Numbered from the stretch's first letter, positions 29,842 to 39,457 are shown. The stretch: 47,713 nucleotides of DNA from an uncultured bacterium (GCA_965372715.1 CBDVDH010000027.1:1-47713), one strand, 5' to 3'. Program-made: numbers and translations. The notes: generated by a model not told the origin, from the letters alone.

Positions 29842-29884
29842 GGCAGACTTCGCCATAGTAGCTCGCGGAGCTACGTCGGCTGAA
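29842..29884. repeat. Right arm of a 43-bp inverted repeat (pairs with 26018-26060)
   Basis: GGCAGACTTCGCCATAGTAGCTCGCGGAGCTACGTCGGCTGAA between fliK and flgD. Confidence 0.9.
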
Positions 29885-29916
29885 AGTGAATCACTGAAAG
29901 GAGGTGACAAAAAACG

Positions 29917-30609
29917 ATGGACGGAACTAGTGGAGTGAACGGAACGTCATACGATGGGACGAATTATGCGCAGACAACTGGTAAGGGCGCGGCGGGACTA
30001 AGTGAGCAGGATTTCTACACGCTGCTTGTCGCGCAAATGAAGAGCCAGAACCCGTTGGAGCCAATGAGCAACGAGGCTTACATCGCGCAGCTTGCGCAAT
30101 TCTCCTCGCTCGCGCAGCTTGGCACAATCAATAAGAACCTGATGTATTTACAGCTGTATCAAGCATCGCTCAACAACACGCTGGCAGTCTCGCTTGTAGG
30201 TAAGGAAGTGAAGGTTGGCACGAGCGAGCTCGAGCTCAAGGGCGGTCAGTGCAACAAGGTTTGGTATGCGCTCGAGTCGGACGCCTCGGAGATCAAGATA
30301 CTGGTGCAGGATGCGGACGGGAGTGTCGTCCGTGAGGAGGTGCTCGGCGCGCAGGAGGCGGGCGAATACACGGTCGAGTGGGACGGTAAGGATTCGCAGG
30401 GTAACACAGTTTCAGACGGCACATATACGGTTCAGGTGATAGCGACGGACGAGGACGGAGTCAGCGTTTCGGTAACTTACGGCATCCGGGCGAGGGTTAC
30501 AGGCATCTCCTTCGACGAGGGCATCACATACCTTCTCTTGAACGGACAGAGGGTGCCGCTATCAGAGATAACCGAGATAAACGAGGGAGAGAGTTCAGAT
30601 GGTGAATGA
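29917..30609 (+). CDS. flgD: Flagellar hook capping protein FlgD
   Basis: DFYTLLVAQMKSQNPLEPM, AQLAQFSSL, WDGKDSQGNTVSDGTY. Confidence 0.96.
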   Translation: MDGTSGVNGTSYDGTNYAQTTGKGAAGLSEQDFYTLLVAQMKSQNPLEPMSNEAYIAQLAQFSSLAQLGTINKNLMYLQLYQASLNNTLAVSLVGKEVKVGTSELELKGGQCNKVWYALESDASEIKILVQDADGSVVREEVLGAQEAGEYTVEWDGKDSQGNTVSDGTYTVQVIATDEDGVSVSVTYGIRARVTGISFDEGITYLLLNGQRVPLSEITEINEGESSDGE

Positions 30610-31003
30610 GCTTGCTGGTCCGGGCCTTCTCAGAGGTCTGAAACAGGTCCAGCAGACGGGGACAGCAAAGCCCCAAGAAGTCGCGAAGCCGACCAAAGGC
30701 AAGAGGTTTGACGCTTTCCTTAGCGAGGCTGAGACCAGTGGGGAACGGCTGAAGTTCTCTGCACATGCCTTGAGGCGGCTTGAGTCGCGGGGCATCGAGC
30801 TTTCGCACGACGATCTTTCCCGCCTCTCAAATGCGGTTGGTCAGGCCCAGGCGAAGGGAAGTCGGGAGTCGCTTGTCTTGATGGACGACTTGGCCGCGAT
30901 AGTCAGCGTTAGAAATCGAACTGTCGTAACGGTATTGGACGCTAGTAGCAACAAGGAGAACATCTTCACGAACATAGACAGCACCGTCCTAGTTAGGAGG
31001 TAA
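30599..31003 (+). CDS. TIGR02530-family flagellar operon protein
   Basis: LKFSAHALRRLESRGI, AQAKGSRESLVL, IVSVRNRTVVT, ENIFTNIDS; located between flgD and flgE. Confidence 0.88.
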   Translation: MVNELAGPGLLRGLKQVQQTGTAKPQEVAKPTKGKRFDAFLSEAETSGERLKFSAHALRRLESRGIELSHDDLSRLSNAVGQAQAKGSRESLVLMDDLAAIVSVRNRTVVTVLDASSNKENIFTNIDSTVLVRR

Positions 31004-31010
31004 TCGCGAA

Positions 31011-31094
31011 GTTCTGCGACGGCGAAGTGGCTGGCCCGTTTGAGGGAGTCCGTTGCTGCTGAATGACAGACGCAGCACACCCGTCCCGCAGAAC
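31011..31094 (+). ncRNA. Candidate structured cis-regulatory RNA, copy 1 (three-way junction)
   Basis: P1 GUUCUGCG.ACGG / CCGU.CC.CGCAGAAC; P2 GGCU-GG-CCC / GGG-AGUC; P3 UGCUGC[UGAAUGACAGAC]GCAGCA. Confidence 0.75.
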
Positions 31095-31140
31095 ACAAGA
31101 CAAAAGACAGGAACAAACAAGAAAAGTTACAGTTAGAATC

Positions 31141-31231
31141 GCAGTCGCGGGCCGCAATAGTGGCTGGCCCTTGGCAAGGGAGCTAAAGCGTTGCTGAACG
31201 ACAGATGCAGCGCGCCGGTCCTAGCGGTTGC
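31141..31231 (+). ncRNA. Candidate structured cis-regulatory RNA, copy 2 (three-way junction)
   Basis: P1 GCAGUCGC.GGGCCG / CGGUCC.UA.GCGGUUGC; P2 UGGCU-GG-CCCUU / AAGGG-AGCUA; P3 GCGUUGC[UGAACGACAGAU]GCAGCGC; ends just before the flgE SD. Confidence 0.75.
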
Positions 31232-31254
31232 AGAAAACAGGAGGAAAGAAAAAG

Positions 31255-32649
31255 ATGCTAGCATCATTCTATTCCGGACTATCGGGCCTCAGCGCTCACG
31301 TTGTGGGTATGGACGTGCTCGGTAACAACATCGCCAACATCAACACAGTTGGCTTCAAGGCGTCTTCGCCGATATTTCAGGACATCCTCAGCCAGTCGAT
31401 TGGCCAGAACACGGAGGGAGGCACTCAGATAGGCCTCGGCGTTTGCCTGGGTGGCGTTACACCGTCGTTCTCTCAAGGGGCTTTCCAGAGCACTGACGTG
31501 GCGACACATCTTGCCATTCAGGGCAACGGGTTCTTCGTGCTCGGTGACGATTCCGCGAACAGGTTCTACACCCGTGCGGGCAACTTCACATTCAACAAAG
31601 AATACAACCTGGTCAACCCAAATGGGCTCAACGTGCTGGGCTGGTCTGAGATGTTAGACTCGGGCGCTATCAACACGTCGGGCAAAGCGACCAACATACA
31701 CCTACCAATCGGCATGACGATGGACCCCGAGGCGACCACGCTGTTCAAGACGAACGTCAACCTCAACACTGAGGCAACGGTCGATAACCCCGCGACATCG
31801 TCAGTCAACGAGGCTGAGATATTCAGCACGTCGCTGACGATTTACGATTCGCTCGGCGCGGCGCACACCGTAACGCTGGAGTTCACCCCCGTCGATGAGA
31901 ACGGCGACTCCATTCTGGACCGGTGGGACTGGACGGCTTACGTGCCACGGTCGGAGGTTGCCTCGTCAACCGTAGGTTATGGCGCAGGGCAGCTTCCGCC
32001 TACGGCCGATGGCAAGGGTGTGATTATCGCAAGAGGCGATCCTGACTACGCGCCCACGGGCAATCCGGCGCTCGACGACTTCGACCCGATGAGATTCGAC
32101 TCGAGTGGGGTACTTATCTCCAACGGGGGCGCGGCGTCGCTGGACTTCGCGTCTGTTGACTGGGCCAACGGCGCAGTAGATCAGGAACTGGCTTGGCAGA
32201 TAAGGAGCGAAATCGACAGCAGCGCAACCTATCTGACGGGTTATGCGCTGAACTCGGCGATATCGTACACCTACCAGGATGGCTTCTCGATCGGCGAGAT
32301 GGAGTCGGTGCTAATACGAGGCGACGGGACGATAATCGGTGTGTTCTCGAATGGAACGACCAAGGCCGTCGCGCAGATCGCCATGGCGACGTTCCCGGCG
32401 CCGACTTCGCTAACGATGATGGGCCAGAATATGTTCGCTGAGGCGCCCGGGTCCGGTAACCCGACGATTGGCACGGCGAAAAGCGGTGGTCGCGGGACAA
32501 TACTCGGTCAGAGCCTAGAGATGGCGAACGTTGATTTGACCGGCCAGTTTACGTCGATGATCGTTATGCAGCGCGGCTTCGAGGCGAACTCGAAGATAAT
32601 CACGGTCACAGATGAGATGATACGGCAGATGCTGGCTCTCAAGCGGTAG
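31255..32649 (+). CDS. flgE: Flagellar hook protein FlgE
   Basis: AGGAGG RBS; GNNIANINTVGFK, LAIQGNGFF, YTRAGNF, YDSLG, LEMANVDL, QRGFEANSKII. Confidence 0.97.
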   Translation: MLASFYSGLSGLSAHVVGMDVLGNNIANINTVGFKASSPIFQDILSQSIGQNTEGGTQIGLGVCLGGVTPSFSQGAFQSTDVATHLAIQGNGFFVLGDDSANRFYTRAGNFTFNKEYNLVNPNGLNVLGWSEMLDSGAINTSGKATNIHLPIGMTMDPEATTLFKTNVNLNTEATVDNPATSSVNEAEIFSTSLTIYDSLGAAHTVTLEFTPVDENGDSILDRWDWTAYVPRSEVASSTVGYGAGQLPPTADGKGVIIARGDPDYAPTGNPALDDFDPMRFDSSGVLISNGGAASLDFASVDWANGAVDQELAWQIRSEIDSSATYLTGYALNSAISYTYQDGFSIGEMESVLIRGDGTIIGVFSNGTTKAVAQIAMATFPAPTSLTMMGQNMFAEAPGSGNPTIGTAKSGGRGTILGQSLEMANVDLTGQFTSMIVMQRGFEANSKIITVTDEMIRQMLALKR

Positions 32650-32824
32650 CGCGAACCTCTCCGCCAAAGGCGAACCGAATACAAGTTCGTCGGTATTGAT
32701 GTTTTGGGGCTTGGAGTTCGTCTTCGAGCCCCTTCTTGTTTTTTTGGCCTTCCTGCGTATGATCGGCCTACCTTGACGTTGAGGTGACATTGAACTCATT
32801 GCATTGCTATGCGGAGGGATTCTA

Positions 32825-34225
32825 TTGCCGGCTAAAGTGCGCAAGAGGCGTCGATGGTTGAAGCGCATTTTGATTCTCTTGGCCGTCGTAATCGGTCTTG
32901 GCTTGGCGGGTTACGTGGGTTACTCGCATTTTTCGGAGAGCGACGATGACCCCGAGGAGTTTGACGTTTACAAGGTGGACATGGGCGATATCACCTCTCG
33001 GCTGACTGAGATAGGAGAGACGTTCCTCGAGAGCACGACCGAGGTCATGTCGAAGGTCTCTGGGACGGTAACTGAGACCACTGTGGAGGAGGGCGATAGC
33101 GTAGAAAAAGGCCAGGTTGTGGCTGTTGTTGAGCCTGACAACACGGAGCTTCTGCGGCTTTATGGCCGGAGGGCTCAGGTCGCAAACGCCTACGTGCAGA
33201 TGGTTCAGGCGAAGGACGATCTTCTGCACCAGAGGCGGCTTTTTGAGAAGGTACGAGGCACGTCGCGGGACATGGTGCTTCGTTCGGAGAGGAGTCTTTG
33301 GACGGCAAGGACGAACTTCCGGCTCGCGCTCATGGAGCTTCACATACTTGAGAAGGACATGGAGATAGAGGGGGGAATGGCGATGCGGGTCATGGCGGCG
33401 CTGAAGTCTGGTTCCGAGGCCGAGATCAGGCGGACCATCGACAGCTCGATGGACATTTCTCCCGCGGAAGGCGAGGGTTTTGTCCGGCTAGCGGATGTCC
33501 GTGTTCTTGCCCCGAGCCCGGGCGTCGTCATTAGTAAGGGCGTTGAGGTGGGCGAGATGGTGATTTCGGGCACCTCGGCACTCAGTAGAGGCACAGTGCT
33601 TTTCGCGATTGGCGATCTTGGCTCAATGTTCATTAGCTGCCGGGTGAGCGAAGTTGACGCCGGAGAGCTCGAGATCGGCCAGCGAGTGAGCGCCACGTTT
33701 GAGGCGTTTCTGGACGAGAAGCCGACGGGCGGAATCGTCTGGATATCGCCCATCGGCAGCAAGGCGCAGGGCTCGTCCATCATCTCTTTCCCGGTGAAGA
33801 TCAAGCTTGACGAGGCATACCAATTCGCTAAGCCCGGGATGTCGTGCGACATAGACATAGTAACTTCCGAAACGAAGGACGTGCTCAGGGCGCTCCTGGA
33901 GTCCGTGGCCACTAAAGAGGATAGCGAAGACGAGGACTGGGAGGATGAGGGCAAGGAAGAGGAGCGCGAAGCGAAAGAAAGCAAATACGTCTATGTCAAG
34001 AAGGGCGAGACCTATGAAAAGCGTCCAATAGAGGTCGGAGAGGAGGACGAGAAGTATTGCGAGGTCACCTCTGGCCTCGAGGAGGGCGAGGAGGTTGTAA
34101 GGGACATCGACGAGTACGAGGAGGCCCTGAAGGAGAAGGAGGAAGAGGCTAATAAGGGCAAAAAGAAGGAGAAGGACAAGAAAGGGGAATCGTCGAGGCG
34201 CCGCAGACGGACAAGGTTGCACTAG
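32825..34225 (+). CDS. Efflux periplasmic adaptor subunit (MacA/HlyD-like); TTG start inferred
   Basis: N-terminal TM, SKVSGTV..VEEGDSVEKGQ lipoyl-like half motif, APSPGVV..VEVGEMV, KPGMSCDIDI, EVTSGLEEGEEVV. Confidence 0.88.
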   Translation: MPAKVRKRRRWLKRILILLAVVIGLGLAGYVGYSHFSESDDDPEEFDVYKVDMGDITSRLTEIGETFLESTTEVMSKVSGTVTETTVEEGDSVEKGQVVAVVEPDNTELLRLYGRRAQVANAYVQMVQAKDDLLHQRRLFEKVRGTSRDMVLRSERSLWTARTNFRLALMELHILEKDMEIEGGMAMRVMAALKSGSEAEIRRTIDSSMDISPAEGEGFVRLADVRVLAPSPGVVISKGVEVGEMVISGTSALSRGTVLFAIGDLGSMFISCRVSEVDAGELEIGQRVSATFEAFLDEKPTGGIVWISPIGSKAQGSSIISFPVKIKLDEAYQFAKPGMSCDIDIVTSETKDVLRALLESVATKEDSEDEDWEDEGKEEEREAKESKYVYVKKGETYEKRPIEVGEEDEKYCEVTSGLEEGEEVVRDIDEYEEALKEKEEEANKGKKKEKDKKGESSRRRRRTRLH

Positions 34226-34506
34226 GGGTAACAGCCCGGCGGAGGAAGCGGCCACAACTTGAGATTGGGATGTTTTCTAGCAGTTCGGACCTTCATGGAA
34301 GCGGCAACAGTGATAGGGCCCGGGGGACGGCCGACTGTCCAGATGCCGGAGCGAGCGCGTGGGGTAGTCTTCCATGGGTCCCTCAGGCACTAACACACAG
34401 AGAGTGCGATGAGGGTGACAACCTTGGGTCTATTGTTCGGACCGGCTGGTGAACACACCGATGGAGATTCGGGCGACGTTTCGCCGACTTCAGTGGTACC
34501 AGGCTG

Positions 34507-35907
34507 ATGAAAGCGGCTGAGTTATTCAAGAGGATTGTCTCGAGGCCGGTCGTCAAGTATGCGTCCGTGATTGCCGCATTTGTGCTGGCGGCGCTCCTTG
34601 TCCAAGTTATGTGTGGAGCGCTGTCAAGAGAGCAGATGAGAATACGCGGCATCGACCCCGTCGAGTACTACGTCTATCTACCGTCCCTATTCTTTGACGG
34701 AGACGTCAACTTCTTCAACGAGTTCTTCCATTTCGCGCCGGGGAGACTGCAAAGGCAATGGTGCGAGACGCCAACAGGCTACAGGAGGAACCCGCACGGG
34801 ATAGGGATGGCGATCGCTCAATCACCATTTTTTGTGGCGGCATATCTCGTCTTGGCGGTCGAGAGCGGTTACTTCCCTTTGCCTTTGAGCCTCAAGTACC
34901 ATCCTCTTTTCGAGCAGGCTTGGTTTGTTGGCAATATCGCGTGGTTCACATTCGCGACATTCCTTCTTGCCTGGTGGCTGAAGCGATTCGCCGGGATCGA
35001 ACATGCGCTTCACATTGCGGTCTTCTTCTTTCTCGCTACGCCAGTGCTCCACTACACCTTCCCGATCGTCCCGATGGCGCATGGCGTGAGTCTCGCGACA
35101 GCTCTTCTATTGCTTATTTGCGTCGGCAAGTATGAGAACACAGCGAGGCTTCGCTGGTGTTTCATCGCGGGCTTGTGCCTCGGCTTTGTCGTCTCGGTCC
35201 GAACGGCCAATTTCGTGTTTCTTGCCTACCTGGCGCCTCACTTGTTCCTCATTCTGCGCAGGCGAGAGCAAACCCCGCGTTCGACGACTCGGGAAACTTG
35301 GCTCAGATGGCTCGAAATCCCGGCGGTGACCGGAATGGGTTTGTTGCTGGGATTTCTGCCTCAGCTAGTCGTATGGAAAAGGGTATTCGGCAAGCTGATC
35401 GTGAATCCTAACGCGGGCGAGTTCGTGCTTATACCGGCCAATTTTTTTAGGGTGGCATTCTCTACCAGGCATGGCTTCATAACATGGCATCCGATTCTAT
35501 TGATCGGTCTCATTGGACTGTTCGTGGCCGCGTTTGCGAAGCGTCGGAGATCGCTTGCTTTCTCTGGTATTCTCGCGGTCCTCGGCGTATGGGTCCTGAT
35601 CAGCGTCCTCTATGACTGGTCGGGCGGCTGGTCTTTCGGACACAGAGTATTCATTGAAGCCTATCCGTTCTTCGCTCTGGGCACAGCTGTAGTCGTCGAC
35701 GCGGCGCTCAAATCAAGGCACAGAGGCAAATGTATCTTGGTCTTACTTGTCGCGATCGCTGCTATTCTGTGGAACGTCTTGTTCATCATCCAATTCAGAA
35801 TCGGCCTTATACCTCGTGAAGGTGAGCTGACTTTCCATCAATACTTCTGGCAGAAGCTCAGTCTGCTTCGGGCAATGCTCTCCGGGGGGCAGATACTGCC
35901 GCGGTGA
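34507..35907 (+). CDS. Polytopic GT-C-fold membrane glycosyltransferase-like protein
   Basis: DPVEYYVYLPSLFFDGD first loop, about 10 TM segments, VRTAN, FSTRHGFITWHP, WSGGWSFGHR. Confidence 0.75.
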   Translation: MKAAELFKRIVSRPVVKYASVIAAFVLAALLVQVMCGALSREQMRIRGIDPVEYYVYLPSLFFDGDVNFFNEFFHFAPGRLQRQWCETPTGYRRNPHGIGMAIAQSPFFVAAYLVLAVESGYFPLPLSLKYHPLFEQAWFVGNIAWFTFATFLLAWWLKRFAGIEHALHIAVFFFLATPVLHYTFPIVPMAHGVSLATALLLLICVGKYENTARLRWCFIAGLCLGFVVSVRTANFVFLAYLAPHLFLILRRREQTPRSTTRETWLRWLEIPAVTGMGLLLGFLPQLVVWKRVFGKLIVNPNAGEFVLIPANFFRVAFSTRHGFITWHPILLIGLIGLFVAAFAKRRRSLAFSGILAVLGVWVLISVLYDWSGGWSFGHRVFIEAYPFFALGTAVVVDAALKSRHRGKCILVLLVAIAAILWNVLFIIQFRIGLIPREGELTFHQYFWQKLSLLRAMLSGGQILPR

Positions 35908-35980
35908 TCCTGGAATGTAGCTTCAGCCACTCCTCTTGGACTTCTTGTCGAACCAGGCAGCTCCTCTACCAGCAGCGCAG

Positions 35981-36013
35981 AAAAAAGGGGCAAGCCCGAG
36001 AGCCCGCCCCTTC
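35981..36013 (-). terminator. Intrinsic terminator of the por operon
   Basis: Minus strand GAAGGGGCGGGCTCTCGGGCTTGCCCC followed by TTTTTT, about 25 nt after the porB stop. Confidence 0.8.
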
Positions 36014-36038
36014 TCATAATCAGAACCTTAGTTGGCGT

Positions 36039-36965
36039 TCAGACGTTGCAGCTTTCACGCGCGAGCAGCTTCTCCCACTGCTTATCCACCTCCGCCTGGA
36101 ACTCCTCGATGAGGTGCTCGTTGCCCGGCTTCATGATGTGTGAGTATCTGCCCTGCAGCTTCAGCCACTCGACTATCGGCACCTTCTCCTTCGGCTTATA
36201 GGTGATCTTCCACTTGCCCTCGACCACCTCAAACAGCGGCCAGAAACACGTCTCGACGGCCATCTTCGCCATGTCCAACGAGTCCTCCATCGGGATGCGC
36301 CAGCCGCGGTGGCACGGCGAGAAGATGTTCAAGAACGCCGGGCCATCAGCCGCAAACGCCTTCTCGGCCTTGCCGACAACGTCCCGCCAGTTGTGAGGCG
36401 AGCACTGCGCAACATAAGGGATGTTGTGCGCGGCGACTATCGCCGTCAGGTCCTTCCTGTGCTGCGGCTTACCGGGGATCACCTTGCCCGCCGGACAAGT
36501 CGTCGTGCTGGCCCTGAACGGCGTGGCGCTGGAGCGCTGGATGCCAGTGTTCATATACGCCTCGTTGTCGTAGCAGACATAGACGAACCTGTGGCCTCGT
36601 TCGAGCGCCCCGGAGAGTGCTTGAATCCCGATGTCGTAGGTTCCGCCGTCGCCGGCAAAGGCCACGAAGTTGACTTCCTTGTCGTATTTGCCCTGCTTCT
36701 TGAGAGCGCGATACATCGTCTCGACGCCCGTTATCGTCGCGGCCGCGTTCTCAAAGGCGTTGTGTATCCAGGGTATCTTCCAAGCAGTGTATGGATAGAT
36801 CGTCGTTCCGACCTCGAGGCAACCCGTCGCGTTTGAGGCGATGACCGGTTTGTCAGAGGCCAGAAGCACCTGCCTCACGACGATGCTGGCCGCGCAGCCT
36901 GCGCAGAGGCGATGCCCGGGCGCAAGGCCGTCGTGGCGGTGTGTTAGCTCTTTCAGAGTAACCAT
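36039..36965 (-). CDS. porB: Pyruvate:ferredoxin oxidoreductase beta subunit
   Basis: GHRLCAGC, ATGCLEV, TPP motif GDGGTYDIG...DNEAYMNTG. Confidence 0.95.
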   Translation of the reverse strand: MVTLKELTHRHDGLAPGHRLCAGCAASIVVRQVLLASDKPVIASNATGCLEVGTTIYPYTAWKIPWIHNAFENAAATITGVETMYRALKKQGKYDKEVNFVAFAGDGGTYDIGIQALSGALERGHRFVYVCYDNEAYMNTGIQRSSATPFRASTTTCPAGKVIPGKPQHRKDLTAIVAAHNIPYVAQCSPHNWRDVVGKAEKAFAADGPAFLNIFSPCHRGWRIPMEDSLDMAKMAVETCFWPLFEVVEGKWKITYKPKEKVPIVEWLKLQGRYSHIMKPGNEHLIEEFQAEVDKQWEKLLARESCNV

Positions 36966-36989
36966 TTCATTCCTCCTAAGATCAATCGA

Positions 36990-38171
36990 TTAGCTTCTAA
37001 CCGTGATGTAGTCAAAGACTTTCTCAACCTTGCCCGTGTCCGCCACCTTCTTCAGCTCGCCAAAGACATCCTCGATATCCTCGATGTTAAGGTCGCGCCC
37101 CCCGAGACCATAGACAAACTGGATGACCTTCGGAACCCGAGGTAGATTGCAGATCGCGGAGCGAATCTCGTGAGCAACTGGCCCACCCTGAGCGCCGAAC
37201 GAATCGCACCTGTCCAGAATGGCGACCGCCTTGCAGTGCCCGAGGCAATGCGCGATGAGCTCAGCCGGGAACGGCCTGAACATCCTGATCTTGAGAAGCC
37301 CTGCCTTGAGGCCATTCTCACGCATCATATCAACAACAGACCTGGTCGTGCCGGCCGCCGAGTTGAGAACAACTATGGCGACCTCGGCGTCATCGAGCTT
37401 GTAACCATCCACAAGCCCATACTTACGCCCGGTCAGCGCCTCGAACCTTTTGGCCGACGCAAGCACCGCCTCCGGCACGAACTTCATCGCCTCGTGCTGC
37501 TGCCTCTTGTGCTCGATGTAATAATCTTGCAGGTCAAGTGGCCCGAATGTCTTGGGATGTTCGAGGTCAAGAAGCGGATATGCAGGCTTGTATTCACCGA
37601 CGAAATCCTTGACCTGCTTGTCGTCAAGCAGCTCAACGCGCTCGATCGAGTGCGAGATGATGAACCCGTCGAGGCAGACCATGATGGGCAGAAGCACCTC
37701 CCTGGCCTCTGCAATGGGTAGCGCCATGATCAGGTTATCGTATGCCTCCTGGGCGTTCTCGGAATAAAGCTGTATCCAACCCGAGTCCCTGGCTCCCATC
37801 GAGTCTGAATGGTCGCAGTGGATGTTAATCGGCGCGTTCAGAGCGCGGTTGACTACGGTCATCGCTATCGGCAGACGATTGCCGGACGCACAGTAGAGTA
37901 TCTCCCACATGAGCGCCAGACCGCACGCTGCTGTAACGGTCATCGCCCTTCCGCCGGCGGCCGCCGCTCCTACGCATGCGCTCATCGCGCTGTGCTCGCT
38001 CTCGACAGTCATCATCTCCGTCCTGACGATACCGTCGTTGACGAACTCGGAGAACGTCTGCACAACCTCTGTCGCAGGCGTGATCGGATACGCCGCCACT
38101 ACGTCAGGTTCTATCTGACGCATGGCCTCGGAGACAACCTCGTTGCCGGTGTATGCAACTACTCGTGGCAT
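36990..38171 (-). CDS. porA: Pyruvate:ferredoxin oxidoreductase alpha subunit
   Basis: AAYPITP, VESEHSAMSAC, NRALNAPINIHCDHSD, YGLGGRD. Confidence 0.95.
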   Translation of the reverse strand: MPRVVAYTGNEVVSEAMRQIEPDVVAAYPITPATEVVQTFSEFVNDGIVRTEMMTVESEHSAMSACVGAAAAGGRAMTVTAACGLALMWEILYCASGNRLPIAMTVVNRALNAPINIHCDHSDSMGARDSGWIQLYSENAQEAYDNLIMALPIAEAREVLLPIMVCLDGFIISHSIERVELLDDKQVKDFVGEYKPAYPLLDLEHPKTFGPLDLQDYYIEHKRQQHEAMKFVPEAVLASAKRFEALTGRKYGLVDGYKLDDAEVAIVVLNSAAGTTRSVVDMMRENGLKAGLLKIRMFRPFPAELIAHCLGHCKAVAILDRCDSFGAQGGPVAHEIRSAICNLPRVPKVIQFVYGLGGRDLNIEDIEDVFGELKKVADTGKVEKVFDYITVRS

Positions 38172-38205
38172 TTATCTTTCCTCCCAAAATAGGTTTGGCA
38201 ATCCC

Positions 38206-38499
38206 TTATGTCTCCTCGATTACCATCGTTATCGCTTGTACCTTGTCCGGGCAGACACGTTCGCACAGCCCACAGCCCTTGCAGTGGAAGTAGTCGATGC
38301 CCACCATCTTCTCGTCCTTGATCAGGATCGACGAATCCGGGCAGTAAATCCAACACTGCAAACAATGGATGCACTTGTCCGCGTCCCAGATAGGCTTGCT
38401 GGAACGCCACGTGCCCGTCTCATACTTGGCGGAATTGCCCGCCTCCAAGATCATCCCGCCGATGGGTATATCTCTCCAACCTGGAAGTTTATCGCTCAT
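38206..38499 (-). CDS. porD: Pyruvate:ferredoxin oxidoreductase delta (ferredoxin) subunit
   Basis: TGTWRSSKP, CIHCLQCWIYCP, CKGCGLCERVCP. Confidence 0.95.
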   Translation of the reverse strand: MSDKLPGWRDIPIGGMILEAGNSAKYETGTWRSSKPIWDADKCIHCLQCWIYCPDSSILIKDEKMVGIDYFHCKGCGLCERVCPDKVQAITMVIEET

Positions 38500-39071
38500 T
38501 CTCCCTTTACCTCCTCAAACCCTCTTTCCGCCATCTTGATGTTGGCGTTCACGATCTCGTCAGAGAACTTCTTGCCGAGACGCAGCTTGAGCGCATCTTT
38601 CAATGTCTCAAGGCCAATCTGGCCTGATATCTTCGCAATGGCGCCCAGCATCGGCGTGTTCGGCAGCGGCCTCTTCAGCTCCTCACGTGAGATACCAGTG
38701 GCATCGATCGTGAACAATTTTCCGCCCGAGAGACCCATGATCTCCCGGACCTCCTTTCCGGGCTTGGTCGTGTTGACGAGGAACGTCGCATCCTCGTGGG
38801 CGCCCTTCTTGACATCGACACCGCCCGTCAAAAGAGTCGCGTCAACAACCGCCACGTAATGCGGGTTCTTCACCGCGCAGTGAATGTAGATCGGCTCGTC
38901 GCTGACCCGATTGTAGGCCGCAAGCGGCGCGCCCGCCCGCTCGGGGCCATATTCAGGGAACGCCTGAATAAACTTGTCCTCGGCAAGAGCCGCCTCCGCG
39001 AACACCTTCGCCGCCGTTACCGTCCCCTGGCCGCCTCGGCCGTGCCAGCGGAACTCCAGAATCTCAGCCAT
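38496..39071 (-). CDS. porC: Pyruvate:ferredoxin oxidoreductase gamma subunit
   Basis: RWHGRGGQG, FPEYGPERAGAP, PNTPMLGA. Confidence 0.95.
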   Translation of the reverse strand: MAEILEFRWHGRGGQGTVTAAKVFAEAALAEDKFIQAFPEYGPERAGAPLAAYNRVSDEPIYIHCAVKNPHYVAVVDATLLTGGVDVKKGAHEDATFLVNTTKPGKEVREIMGLSGGKLFTIDATGISREELKRPLPNTPMLGAIAKISGQIGLETLKDALKLRLGKKFSDEIVNANIKMAERGFEEVKGE

Positions 39072-39457
39072 CGCTATGCTCCTTTCATCGGAAACTACTA
39101 ATCAGAAAACCTCCCCAGATATAGGCAGGACAACAGACAACCGACGGGATTGTATTGAGGCGCCGCCTTCGGGTCAAGTGAATACTGCGAGCAGTTTTCG
39201 GAAGTGATTTGACATACTTGTCGATTTGTGTTTGACTTAAGAAGAAAGGCTAAACCTGGGCTTTCCTGAAGGGAGAGTCTTAGTGGTCAGCGTTCTTGGT
39301 TGGGGAAGGCGCTCTTCTGGTCCCATAGAGGGCCAATTTGATATGCTCCAATTAAATACTTGATAAACAAACATAGGAGGACGTCATCGACAACGGTAAG
39401 GAACCCACAGAGCCACAGAGTGGTATCAGTCTAGAAGTCCTAAAGCTGCAAATCCTC

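Noticed and set aside
31011-31231. CRISPR array or c-di-GMP riboswitch reading of the tandem repeat
   Set aside because: Only two diverged copies, no cas genes, and no GGCAAA/GCAAA c-di-GMP-I consensus or class II pseudoknot
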